A DNA stretch of 63,828 bases, filler included, from Octopus bimaculoides (taxonomy: Eukaryota): NCBI RefSeq assembly GCF_001194135.2. It is 6 parts of 5 records of this genome, joined end to end, with 100 filler letters (N's around TTAATTAATTAA, not from the genome) between each part and the next. Parts side by side here need not be neighbours in the genome. Positions count along the whole stretch, not along the records: positions 1 to 17,179 come from NC_068985.1; positions 17,280 to 25,704 come from NC_068999.1; 4 more parts are not named here. The stretch is one strand, 5' to 3'. The stretch's first letter is position 1. Every line of letters begins with the position of its first letter. The translations under genes were made by a program, and so were the position numbers. The notes beneath the pieces are model-generated. The model ran no database searches. It worked only from the letters and a program-made list of their open reading frames with translations, and was not told the DNA's origin. This document shows, piece by piece, positions 11,503-22,018 of the stretch.

Positions 11503-13145
11503 AAACAAAACAACAATTCGATCCTTGGCGAGCTGTGATGGGTGCATGATAACCGTGTCCAAGCAGATGTGTGCGGAATTTCAGCGGTACTTCGCCGAAC
11601 TGTAGGAGCGCGAGATGGTTCTGGGACAGTGATGGATTTTACTCTTATCTCAGTGGCATACCGCGCCTTTCAGCCAAGGGTGCGGAGTTCTACGAAATGC
11701 CAATAACAGCTGAAGATATACGGAACGCGATGAATGCCTGTGCAGGAGAGAAGTCTCCGGGGCGAGATGGTCTGCCCTTCGAGCTTTATTTTCACATGCC
11801 AGTCTTATTCGATGGTCTCTTGGCAGACGTCTACCACAACTGGCATCAGAACGGGAGAATTCCCAGTGCTGTGAGCCACAAACTCCACCTCACGTGGAAA
11901 GGGTGGCTAAGGAACCTGGCATGGATGAGGTCCTGAACAATTTGGATCAGTTGAAAGCTCTTGATACGGTCTCCCACCAATACTTGGAGGTTGTTCTTGC
12001 AGCAGTGGGTTTCGGTCCCGTTTTCAGAGGCTGGATCGCTGCAATGTACAGTGACATTTGTTCGGTGGTCAAAGTAAATGGCCACCAATCGGAATCGTTT
12101 AGCATCGCTCGTTTGATCCGTCTTGGATGCCCACTCTCACCTCTTTTGCGCATATTGGCTCTCGAGCCATTGCTGCGGAAACTGGATATTTCGAGGGGCA
12201 TCCCGCGTGATCTAGGATGCGGAAGTTTCGTATCGGCTTACGTGGACAACTCGGATATCTCGGAAATCGAGGTGGTTCGCACTGCTCTAAGGGAGTACGA
12301 AGCAGTGACGAGAGCAAAGATAAACCAGGAGAAGTCGGTGGACCTGCAGCTCAGCACCTGGAGAGGCAGGTCCATGCCAACCGACAGCATTGTAGGGCAC
12401 TGCACGGAAGGACCGGTTAAACTGTTCGGGGTCAGGTTTGGTCCAAACCGCCAGATGGACAAGAACTGGGGGGAGGTGACGAGCAGGGTAGCCAATCTCA
12501 CCCAGAAATAGGTAGAGAGCACTCTGAAGGGTCGGGCAGAGGTGGTGAATGCGTACATCACTTCCGTCATCTACTACTGCCTGACCGTCGTCCCTTGCTC
12601 CATTTCATACTTGATAAAGATGGAGCACTTGCTCGTCCACTTTCTACGGAAGGGAGGTATTCCGCTCATCAGATGGTCTATCTGCTGTCAACAGCCGCTG
12701 AGTGGAGGACTGAGTATGCCGTGGCTAATGATGCGCAAACATGCGCTGAGGCTGCGACATCTCCAGCGTTTTCTTAACAGTGAGCAGGAGTGGTCACCAT
12801 TCGTCAAACAGGACTTTCCGCAGCTCGTCTCATTGATGGAGCTAGTCAAGCGTAAACAAAGAAAGAGCGCTTGGCACCTGGAGTATCCGTCAGCTGGGCA
12901 ACGCGATCGGTGGAAGTGCCATCATGGAGTTCTATAGAGTTCTATAGAGGATTAGTGAAGGGAACGAGTGACGACGTACTGGAGGAAACTCTGGGCGTCG
13001 ACAGGGATCAACTAACTGGCAATGCTACCAAGGAGCTCTGCCGGTTCGAAACAAGCCCTATACACACGGAAGTGCTGTCAGAGGTGTGCTCAGGGCAATA
13101 AAACCGTCCTGCATGCACTCGTCCAGTGTCCGTGCATTGTTGACC
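11503..13145 (+). pseudogene. Reverse transcriptase and C-terminal region of Tx1-like ORF2
   Basis: ORFs 11571-11936, 11894-12511 and 12542-12937 carry L1/Tx1 RT motifs, broken by frameshifts and deletions. Confidence 0.9.
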
Positions 13146-13149
13146 ACTG

Positions 13150-13291
13150 GAGATTTATTTGCATTTGACGGATATTTGTCCTCATCTTGTTTGTTAACAA
13201 GGTTTCGGCTGATATACCCTCCAGCCTTCATCAGGTGTCTTGGGGGAAATTCGAACCTGGGTTCTCATTCCCAAAGTATTTTTCGATCTTA

Positions 13292-13292
<1 letters not shown>
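13150..13292 (-). mobile_element. Short Penelope-type terminal remnant with a hammerhead-like core
   Basis: Minus strand GACAC-CTGATGA-A-GGCTG-(10 nt)-CAGCC-GAAAC; stem II is perfect, the 3' half is degenerate. Confidence 0.55.
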
Positions 13293-13365
<73 letters not shown>

Positions 13366-13375
13366 NNNNNNNNNN

Positions 13376-13429
<54 letters not shown>

Positions 13430-13433
<4 letters not shown>

Positions 13434-13542
13434 TCACTGCCTGGAATCGAACTCAGAATCTTGGGGTTAGTAGCCTGCACTCTTAACCACTATGCCATAT
13501 GCCCGTGGGCATATTCCGAGTTCGATTCCAGACAGAGACCTG
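13430..13542. mobile_element. Head-to-head inverted pair of tRNA-like units between (ATT)n and (AAT)n
   Basis: CAGGTCACTGCCTGGAATCGAACTCAGAAT at the left end mirrors ATTCCGAGTTCGATTCCAGACAGAGACCTG at the right end; central palindrome ATATGCCC-GT-GGGCATAT. Confidence 0.75.
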
Positions 13543-13572
13543 AACAATAATAACAACAACAACAACAACAAC

Positions 13573-13632
<60 letters not shown>

Positions 13633-14202
13633 NNNNNNNNNNNNNNNNNNNNNNNNNNNNNNNNNNNNNNNNNNNNNNNNNNNNNNNNNNNNNNNNNNNN
13701 NNNNNNNNNNNNNNNNNNNNNNNNNNNNNNNNNNNNNNNNNNNNNNNNNNNNNNNNNNNNNNNNNNNNNNNNNNNNNNNNNNNNNNNNNNNNNNNNNNNN
13801 NNNNNNNNNNNNNNNNNNNNNNNNNNNNNNNNNNNNNNNNNNNNNNNNNNNNNNNNNNNNNNNNNNNNNNNNNNNNNNNNNNNNNNNNNNNNNNNNNNNN
13901 NNNNNNNNNNNNNNNNNNNNNNNNNNNNNNNNNNNNNNNNNNNNNNNNNNNNNNNNNNNNNNNNNNNNNNNNNNNNNNNNNNNNNNNNNNNNNNNNNNNN
14001 NNNNNNNNNNNNNNNNNNNNNNNNNNNNNNNNNNNNNNNNNNNNNNNNNNNNNNNNNNNNNNNNNNNNNNNNNNNNNNNNNNNNNNNNNNNNNNNNNNNN
14101 NNNNNNNNNNNNNNNNNNNNNNNNNNNNNNNNNNNNNNNNNNNNNNNNNNNNNNNNNNNNNNNNNNNNNNNNNNNNNNNNNNNNNNNNNNNNNNNNNNNN
14201 NN

Positions 14203-14672
14203 CATCACAACCATATGTGCGCGACATGGTGATCTCATATCAAGATAAACAGAGCATGACCTCGCAGGTGGGACCCAGTTAGAATTTTCTTCAGATCGAG
14301 TAGCCCAATCCGCTCAAAAGGTCTCTGAATAAGGTTTGTTTAAGGATATTGAGCAAAACACCCATGTTTCCAAAGGTGAATTATTCAAACCCCAAAGAAT
14401 TCCTCTCAACACATGGCTATGATGCTCTCCCACTACTTCTGCTCATGATCAGAGATGCACATATCGTCAGCCACCAAGGGACATGCTCAACTGGTCAAAC
14501 ACCTGACAAGCAAATCTGTAGTATTGAGCAGAATATTTGCTGCAGCCCGTCTTTTATACCAAGACAAAACAATGTACATGATAACACTTCCAATCAGATA
14601 AGATCAAAAGCCATGAGACCCACTGCCTGGTACTGCATTAGGGCATTTGAGACCCACTGCCTGGTACTGCAT
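14203..14672 (-). mobile_element. Unclassified ~0.5-kb (TAA)n-embedded repeat family X, copy 1
   Basis: Colinear with 14697-15185, 16385-16842 and 45413-45716; strand inferred from the (AAT)n polarity shared with Dong. Confidence 0.75.
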
Positions 14673-14696
14673 TATTATTATCATTATTATTATTAT

Positions 14697-15185
14697 TGAG
14701 TGAGAGAGCAGTGCATACCATCAAAGTAACACTGAGGTAAAATATAAGAAGCCCAGTGCACCTATCATGACAACCCGTCCGATAAGGATACACCAGGCAC
14801 ATGCATCACAACAATATGTGCGCGATATGGTGATCTATCAAGATTAACAGCGCATGATCATGCAGGTGGAACCCAGTTAGAATTCTCTTCAGATCGAGTA
14901 ATCCATCGCATTCAAAATATCCATAAATAAGGGTTGTTTAAGGATGTTGAACGAAACACCCATATTTTCAGAAGTGTATAATTCAAATCCCAAAGAATTC
15001 CTGTCAACACATAGCTATGATGCTCCCCCATTACTTCTGCTCCTATCGTCAGCCACTACGGGACATGTTCAACTGGTTAAGGTCAAACATCTCACAAGCA
15101 AATCTGTGGTGTTGAGCAGAATATGTGCATGATACCACTTCCAATCAGTTAAGATCAGAAGTCATGAGAGCCAGTGCCTAGTATT
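14697..15185 (-). mobile_element. Repeat family X, copy 2 (internal deletions)
   Basis: Direct alignment to copy 1; flanked by (ATT)n. Confidence 0.75.
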
Positions 15186-15193
15186 TGTTGTTG

Positions 15194-15279
<86 letters not shown>

Positions 15280-15280
<1 letters not shown>

Positions 15281-16283
15281 GTTTGACTTTCGCTTTGTAT
15301 TTGTACAAGTTGACTCCAAGTCTCACCCAGGGACCTCAAGAGACAACAAGTTAGAAGCTTATGTTGGTGTCATGCCTAGGGTGTCATATATTTGGTTTTG
15401 CACATAGTATTGTTCTAGAAAATGTTTAAGAAAACAAGAAAATTATGAGTTTGTTTTAAGATTTGAGATTGCATAGACAGTGTTTTACGTAGGATATGAG
15501 CAGTTCCCATGAGTACTATCTTTAAAATTTCTGCCCTTTTGGGGTTTCCTGGTATCTGAGCTAGGTAGGAATCAGCCCCTTTTGCTATCATTCCATGGAT
15601 ACCTATGACAACAGGTAATGTTTTAGTCCTGAGGTTCCACATTTTGCCAAATTCTATTTCAAAATCTTTATACTTGCTCAGTTTTTGGTAGGGCTTGATA
15701 GATACATTTATGTCGATTGGGACAGTCATATCAATGAGGAGGCATGATTTTTGTCTGAGGTCTTTCAATATAATGTCTGGCCTATTCGCATGTATCTTTC
15801 TGTCAGCTTGAATGGTGAAGTTCCAGAGGAGTGAGATGTGATCATTTTCAAGTACTGGTGGTGGTTTGTGTTCCCTCCAGTGTTTATCATGGGGCACGTC
15901 CAGGCTTTTGCAAATTACCCAGTGAATATATTGTGCTACTCTACCGTGCCTTTAGGCGCAAGAAGACTGCACATGGAGACAACATGATCAATGGTTTCAT
16001 TTTGTTGTTGACATACACGATATGTTGGGCAGCTGCCGTTCTTTAATATGTTGGCCTGGTAGTTCCTTGTAGGTAGGCATTGGTTTTAGGCTGCTATGAT
16101 AAACCCTACTGCTTCTGATTTTAAGCCAGAAGACACTAACCATTGATGGGTAAGGGCTTCATCAACTTCGGCACTATTAGCTCTCTTTGGGTATGTGCCA
16201 CTGAGAGGTTTTTCTTGCCATTTATCAGCAAGAATATCTAAGGGAGAAGTTTTAGCATAGGTTTTCATACAAGCTTTTTCGGT
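15280..16283 (-). mobile_element. Dong/R4-clade LINE 3' fragment (CCHC finger, RLE endonuclease, 3'UTR)
   Basis: GFIIAAQDQ-like region followed by LLWNFTIQADRKIHANRPDII...LLIDMTVP...KLSKYKD...PVVIG, a PD-(D/E)xK restriction-like endonuclease; (TAA)n at both ends. Confidence 0.9.
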
Positions 16284-16294
16284 GCTTGTTATTG

Positions 16295-16378
<84 letters not shown>

Positions 16379-16384
16379 TCAAAA

Positions 16385-16842
16385 TGATACTGGGGTACAA
16401 ATATACCCATCATCACTTCCCGTCTGATAAGGGTACACCAGGCATATGCACCACAACCATATGTGCACGACTTGGTGATCTCGTATCAAGATAAATAGCA
16501 CATGACTTTGCAGATAGCCACCAGTTGGAATTCTTTTCAGGTCGAGGAGCCCATCCTACTCAAAAGGTCCCTGAATAAGATTTGTTTCCAGAGGTGAATC
16601 ATTCAAACCCCAAAGTATTCCTTTCAATACATGGTTATGATGTTCCCCCACTACTTCTGCTCGTGATCAGCGATGCACATATCATCAGCCACGAAGGAAC
16701 ATGTTCAACTGGTTAATGTCAAGCAACTGACAAGCAAATCAGTGGTATTGCTGTAGCCTATCTTTTATACCGAGACAAAATATGTATATAACACTTCCAA
16801 TCAGTTAAGCCATGAGAGCCAGTGCCTGGTATTGCATCAAGA
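16385..16842 (-). mobile_element. Repeat family X, copy 3
   Basis: Aligns to 14203-15185. Confidence 0.75.
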
Positions 16843-16869
16843 TATTATTATTATCATTATTATTATTAT

Positions 16870-17179
16870 TATTGTTCAGTAGTTTTATTTTTATAACGTG
16901 CTTTCACTTCACTACCGACCGCAGCTCTGTGTGCCTTGGGTATGTGCTGTGGTTTGCTGTGATGCTCTTATGGTTACTGTATTGAAAGTGTTTTGCGTAG
17001 AATGTGTGCAGTGCCCAGTAGTGCAATTTTCTAAGTCCTGGTGTTTTTGTTATGTATTTGTCTGAATATTTTTTTATTATACCTAAGGCACCTACTATGA
17101 TAGGAATTGTTTCTGTTTTTAGATTCCACATTCGAGTTACCTCTATTTCCAGGTCTTTGTATTTTGAAAGTTTTTCCAT
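16870..17179 (-). mobile_element. Dong/R4 LINE 3' end, second subfamily, cut by the scaffold end
   Basis: MEKLSKYKDLEIEVTRMWNLKTETIPIIVGALG; its 3' tip is the reverse complement of 25805-25850. Confidence 0.85.
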
Positions 17180-17279
17180 NNNNNNNNNNNNNNNNNNNNN
17201 NNNNNNNNNNNNNNNNNNNNNNNTTAATTAATTAANNNNNNNNNNNNNNNNNNNNNNNNNNNNNNNNNNNNNNNNNNNN
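17180..17279. other. Artificial scaffold linker: 44 N + TTAATTAATTAA + 44 N
   Basis: Exact 100-bp structure; the 12-mer places stop codons in all six frames. Confidence 0.97.
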
Positions 17280-17334
<55 letters not shown>

Positions 17335-17703
17335 CATACATACATACATACATACATACATCACATACATATGTACATAGAGAGAAAGAGACAGACAGAC
17401 AGACAGACAAACTGACAGATACATACACACAGACAGAAAAACACAGAAAGAAAAACACAGTGTGTGCGTGTGTATGAATGACAGTTGTACTGCCAGCTCT
17501 AATTCGGGTAAAACTCAAAGCCATTTGCGTGGGTCAAGAATGGCGTGACACTGGTAGCAGTGACTGTCGTCGTTGCTTTTTTTTCTTTTAAGTGCTTGCT
17601 AGTAGTAAGACTATCCTTGTTATCAATTAAGCAAAAATTAAATCATTCTGTTGATGTCTGTTTCATTAGCACTAATTAAGAATTAGGAGAGTGAAAGCAA
17701 ATG

Positions 17704-17786
<83 letters not shown>

Positions 17787-18192
17787 AAGCGAGAGAGAGA
17801 GAGTGCAACGAGTCCATTTAATGGACTTACTCTATTACTCCAATCATGAACAGTCGATTCAGCTACCAGTCTTCCACTCTATCGTTCACTCAGTCTCACT
17901 GTTTCTCAGTATCAATTGCTTTGTAGTTTGTACGTTGTAAATGTTATGTCCATCTAAGTAAATATGTATAACGTATAATACGGTTATTGCTTTATTTGTT
18001 TCAATGTTTAGGGATACAGTCTTGTGCAGGGCACCAGTTCAAGGGGAATTAATCGACCGTTATGGAGCCTATCAGTTATTTCAGAGTGATACGTATAATG
18101 TCAATCTCTCTTTCTCTAACAGCTAGCACCAGCAGGACGAGGAAAGAGAAAATAAAAACCACAAGTATTCTAAACGCAACTCAAACATAGTT

Positions 18193-18284
<92 letters not shown>

Positions 18285-18285
<1 letters not shown>

Positions 18286-18657
18286 TGTGATACTCCGTCG
18301 GTTGCGACGACGAGGGTTCCAGTTGATGCGATCAGCGGAACAGCCTGCTCGTGCAAATGGCTGAGCACTCCACAGACACGTATACCCTTCACGTATTTCT
18401 CGGAAAGATTCAGCGTGACACAGAGTGTGACATGGCTGGCCCTTTGAAATACAGGTAGAAGAGAAAGAAGAAGAAAGAGTGAGAGAAAGTTGTGGTGAAA
18501 GAGTACGGCAGGGTTCGCCACCACCCCCTGCCGGAGCCTTGTGGAGCTTTAAGTGTTTTCGCTCAATAAACACTCACAACGCCCGGTCTGGGAATCGAAA
18601 CAGCGATTTTACGACCGCGAGTCCGCTGCCCTAACCACTGGGCCATTGCACCTCCAC
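18285..18657 (-). mobile_element. SINE family 1 copy
   Basis: Aligns with 1522-1910. Confidence 0.9.
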
Positions 18658-18944
18658 ACACACACACACATANNNNNNNNNNNNNNNNNNNNNNNNNNNN
18701 NNNNNNNNNNNNNNNNNNNNNNNNNNNNNNNNNNNNNNNNNNNNNNNNNNNNNNNNNNNNNNNNNNNNNNNNNNNNNNNNNNNNNNNNNNNNNNNNNNNN
18801 NNNNNNNAAAATACACTGCAAGTCACATACTCACAAAATTCTTCGCCGTGGAATGTCAAGTGTGAACATGTTCGTAGCGATACGAGCTTCTTAATTAAAC
18901 ACCAGACACAGAATTATATATAAATGTTTAACATCCTAGGCGCA

Positions 18945-19290
18945 GGCATGCATGTGTGGTAAGAAATTTGCTTCTGAACGACACGGTTCTGTGTTCGGTC
19001 CCACTGCGTGGCACTTTCGGCAAGCGTTGTAATATATCTCTGGGCAGACCAAAACCTTGTGAGTGGATTTAGCGGACGGAAATTGAAAGACGGTCGTCGT
19101 GTATATATGCCTATATGTATGTGTATTTCTTGGTGTGTTTATTAGCTCGTATTTTAGCAAAGGCAACAGTGACTGATAGAGTAAGTTCCTCGCTTTTAAA
19201 AATATGTACTAGAGATGACTTGTTTGACTAAAATTCTCGAAGACAGTGCCACAGCATGACCGCAGTTTAATGACTGAAACACATGAAATG
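18945..19290 (+). mobile_element. SINE family 3 (tRNA-like head; core of the type GGCACTTTGGGCAAGTG), decayed
   Basis: Head TGTGGTAAGAAATTTGCTTC...GGTCCCACTGCGTGG and tail CAGCATGACCGCAGT..ATGACTGAAAC shared with 40235-40625, 43925-44350 and 53375-53715. Confidence 0.7.
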
Positions 19291-19424
19291 TATATAAGAT
19301 ATTTTCCTCATCATATAGACTCATGGGGCCGATTTGCCGGTTTCTATGGCATATATATTCATCACATGGACGAGACACCGGTCTGTCACAGGATAAGTCA
19401 TTTTTGGCAGTTGAGTGGATTGGC

Positions 19425-19990
19425 ATATGATGGCCGTCCACTCGTGACCAGTGAAGACCATTGATGACTTTCAGGAACATTGTGCGCTAAAGGACTATCT
19501 TATATTTTGCATTTGCGGCTCCGTTGGTGGCTAATGAGCTCTACTCGTGACAAGCATATACGACTGGAAACATTGCAAATCAAGCTTTCCCCCCTCACTA
19601 CACCAGCAGCGCGTTTTCGAGCAACACGCCCAAGTTCTTCATGTAGAATAGGTGCTCTCTCAAAAGTGTCGACCTCCTTCTTAACCTGCTTCGTCCATCT
19701 GTGGCGGTGACAGGCATTGTTATCCCAGTCAGTCTCCTGCATATCACAGGCCTTTAATGAGGATTTGACACAGTCCTTAAGTTGCAGCCTTGGTTTCTGC
19801 AGGGGTCTCTTTCCATTCACAAGTGCCCCATATAGCATCTGCTTAGGGATCCTACTATCCTTCATTCTAATAAGGTATCTAGTCCAACGCAGCCGGGGCT
19901 TGTGCACCATTGCCTCAATACTCAAGATATCAGCTGTCCTGAGGACATGTAAATCTGGAGTTTTTAAGGTCCAGCCAACATTCAGAATGT
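19425..19990 (-). mobile_element. RTE-clade LINE 3' fragment
   Basis: LRYILN.W...RLRW...RM.D.RIPKQMLYG.L..GKR...KPRL..KD.VK..LK and a terminal degenerate C2H2 finger (C..SRICLSR..LISHQRS). Confidence 0.9.
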
Positions 19991-20059
19991 ATCTGAGACA
20001 CATATATTTGTTGCATACAGATATATATTACACTAAATATATATGTACAATATATATAT

Positions 20060-20104
<45 letters not shown>

Positions 20105-21282
20105 TATATATATAGATAGATAGATAGATATATTGTATGTTACATATAAATAGATGTAACACTAAATATATAAATATATAAAATCTACATAATGTATAGG
20201 TATTTACACATACATGCGTAGAGTCACATTTATCATATAACATTACACCCATGAATAGTTACGTCACGTAATACGTACATTCGAGTCGAGAAACTCATAT
20301 TCCTTACTAAAAATTAAATGTTTTTTTGTGAGTGGGAGTAAAAATTCGTGCTCATAAAATTGTGTGTGTGTGTGTTTGTTTGTCTGCGTTCTTATATGAG
20401 AATATAAGTAAATCCAGATGGTATAAAATCCTAGGGAGAGCTAATCAGCGTAAGTTCTTCAGAGAAGTGAACCCTTTTTCGTAAATGTCTAGGTCTTTCA
20501 CTCCTTACACTCCAAGGAGGCCGAGTTACATGCAGGTCATGACACTTGGTTATCTCTCTACTGCTATGTCTGGATTCTTAAGGTGCATCAGAGCCAACGT
20601 AACACGAGCATTATAACCAGTTTACTCTAAGACGCAAGTTGAGTGTAGACTGAATATTCCATGCATGAAAATGACACCGACTCAGTAGGCCTTTGATCAA
20701 AAACATCAAAATTATTCCAGGTTGAACCATAACAACTTTTTATTACAGCCATAACCGATATCGTTCCACATTATCAGATACGTCCTTCCCTTTTTCAAGA
20801 TTGTAGAGTGTGGTTTGTATTAGATTTACTATTTTTAACCTCCCGAGAAACAACATAGAAACTCCCCAATGCTATGAATTGATCTAGTTAGATATATAAG
20901 GTAGAGCTGAGGATAAGTTATATCTATAGTTTAAATGACATTTTCACTAAAAATTTCTGTATAAATAGACATAATTTTTAGAGAAAAATTAGAGGATGGT
21001 ATTTTAATTTTTCTCGTATTATAGATGTGTGTATGTAAGATTAAACTCATATGTGTGTATGTTTGTATATATATATATATATATANNNNNNNNNNNNNNN
21101 NNNNNNNNNNNNNNNNNNNNNNNNNNNNNNNNNNNNNNNNNNNNNNNNNNNNNNNNNNNNNNNNNNNNNNNNNNNNNNNNNNNNNNNNNNNNNNNNNNNN
21201 NNNNNNNNTATATATACCTGTCTGCCCATAATACATATATAATGCATACATACATATGTATTTATATGTGTGAGTCTTTGTA

Positions 21283-21316
<34 letters not shown>

Positions 21317-21722
21317 ATGTACGTACCCTCACTAACGTTTAGTCTTCTGCAGTGGTTTTTTTCTTGTGGAAATTAAGATATCAGTGGACTGAATTAGAAT
21401 CAAACTAAGGATATTCTATCTCTAATTTACGTGTAAGAATTGTAGTAACAATGGAAATCCCTAATGCGTATTCAATGTTACGCTTTTTATTAATTAATCA
21501 AGCTTATGATAGATAACAAAATTATAAATTCAGTAAAGGAATGGATTTGAAGAGGAAATCTTTAGTTCAAACAATAAGAAAATCAATCGCATTGCTGTGT
21601 AGATGTAAATATTTAATGTTTTGCTTTTACCAGCGAAGTTATCAATTAAAGAAAACATAATTTCACGTAATAATACCTTCTAATATAGGCAGAAGACCTT
21701 GAAAATTTGGGGGAATGTATGT

Positions 21723-21790
21723 ATACGAAGGAGGGCTTAAAAGTTCCTGGCTTTAAGAGTGTCGCGAAAGGCCTGGCTGGAAGACCATCC
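21723..21790 (+). mobile_element. Mariner terminal inverted repeat remnant
   Basis: TATACGAAGGAGGGCTTAAAAGTTCCTGGCT resembles mariner TACGAGGG...AAAAGTT termini; no partner end seen. Confidence 0.4.
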
Positions 21791-21929
21791 TTCTGTGTTC
21801 CTTTACAGGGGTTAGAAGGGCTGTATGAATCTGGGACTGGATTATGTTGAATAAGAAAATCATGATTAACTCATCCTCCTGTATTTTCATTTACACAAAC
21901 CCACGAACTTTTCAACACACCCTCATATG

Positions 21930-22018
<89 letters not shown>

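Larger units (their letters stand above)
7985..13145 (+). mobile_element. Decayed Tx1/L1-clade LINE: putative 5'UTR, ORF1, ORF2 (APE endonuclease, RT, Cys-rich domain), 3' end missing
   Basis: In order: ORF1-like low-complexity sequence and a CCHC knuckle, APE motifs, GYWKLN linker, RT motifs (KSPGRDGLP, LDQLKALDTVSH, GCPLSPLL, AYVDN for YADD) and C-terminal CQRC...HALVQCP. The 5' boundary is inferred from the (ATT)n edge. Confidence 0.85.

Noticed and set aside
13431-13509. Possible tRNA gene
   Set aside because: A and B boxes are present but the acceptor and anticodon stems do not pair; it is a SINE-type head. The same applies to the other SINE heads.
14883-14896. 14-nt match to the 5' region of U5 snRNA (TTCTCTTCAGATCG) in family X, and a 12-nt U2-like match (CCTGGTATTGCA) in copy 3
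   Set aside because: The matches are short, not conserved across copies and do not extend; probably chance.
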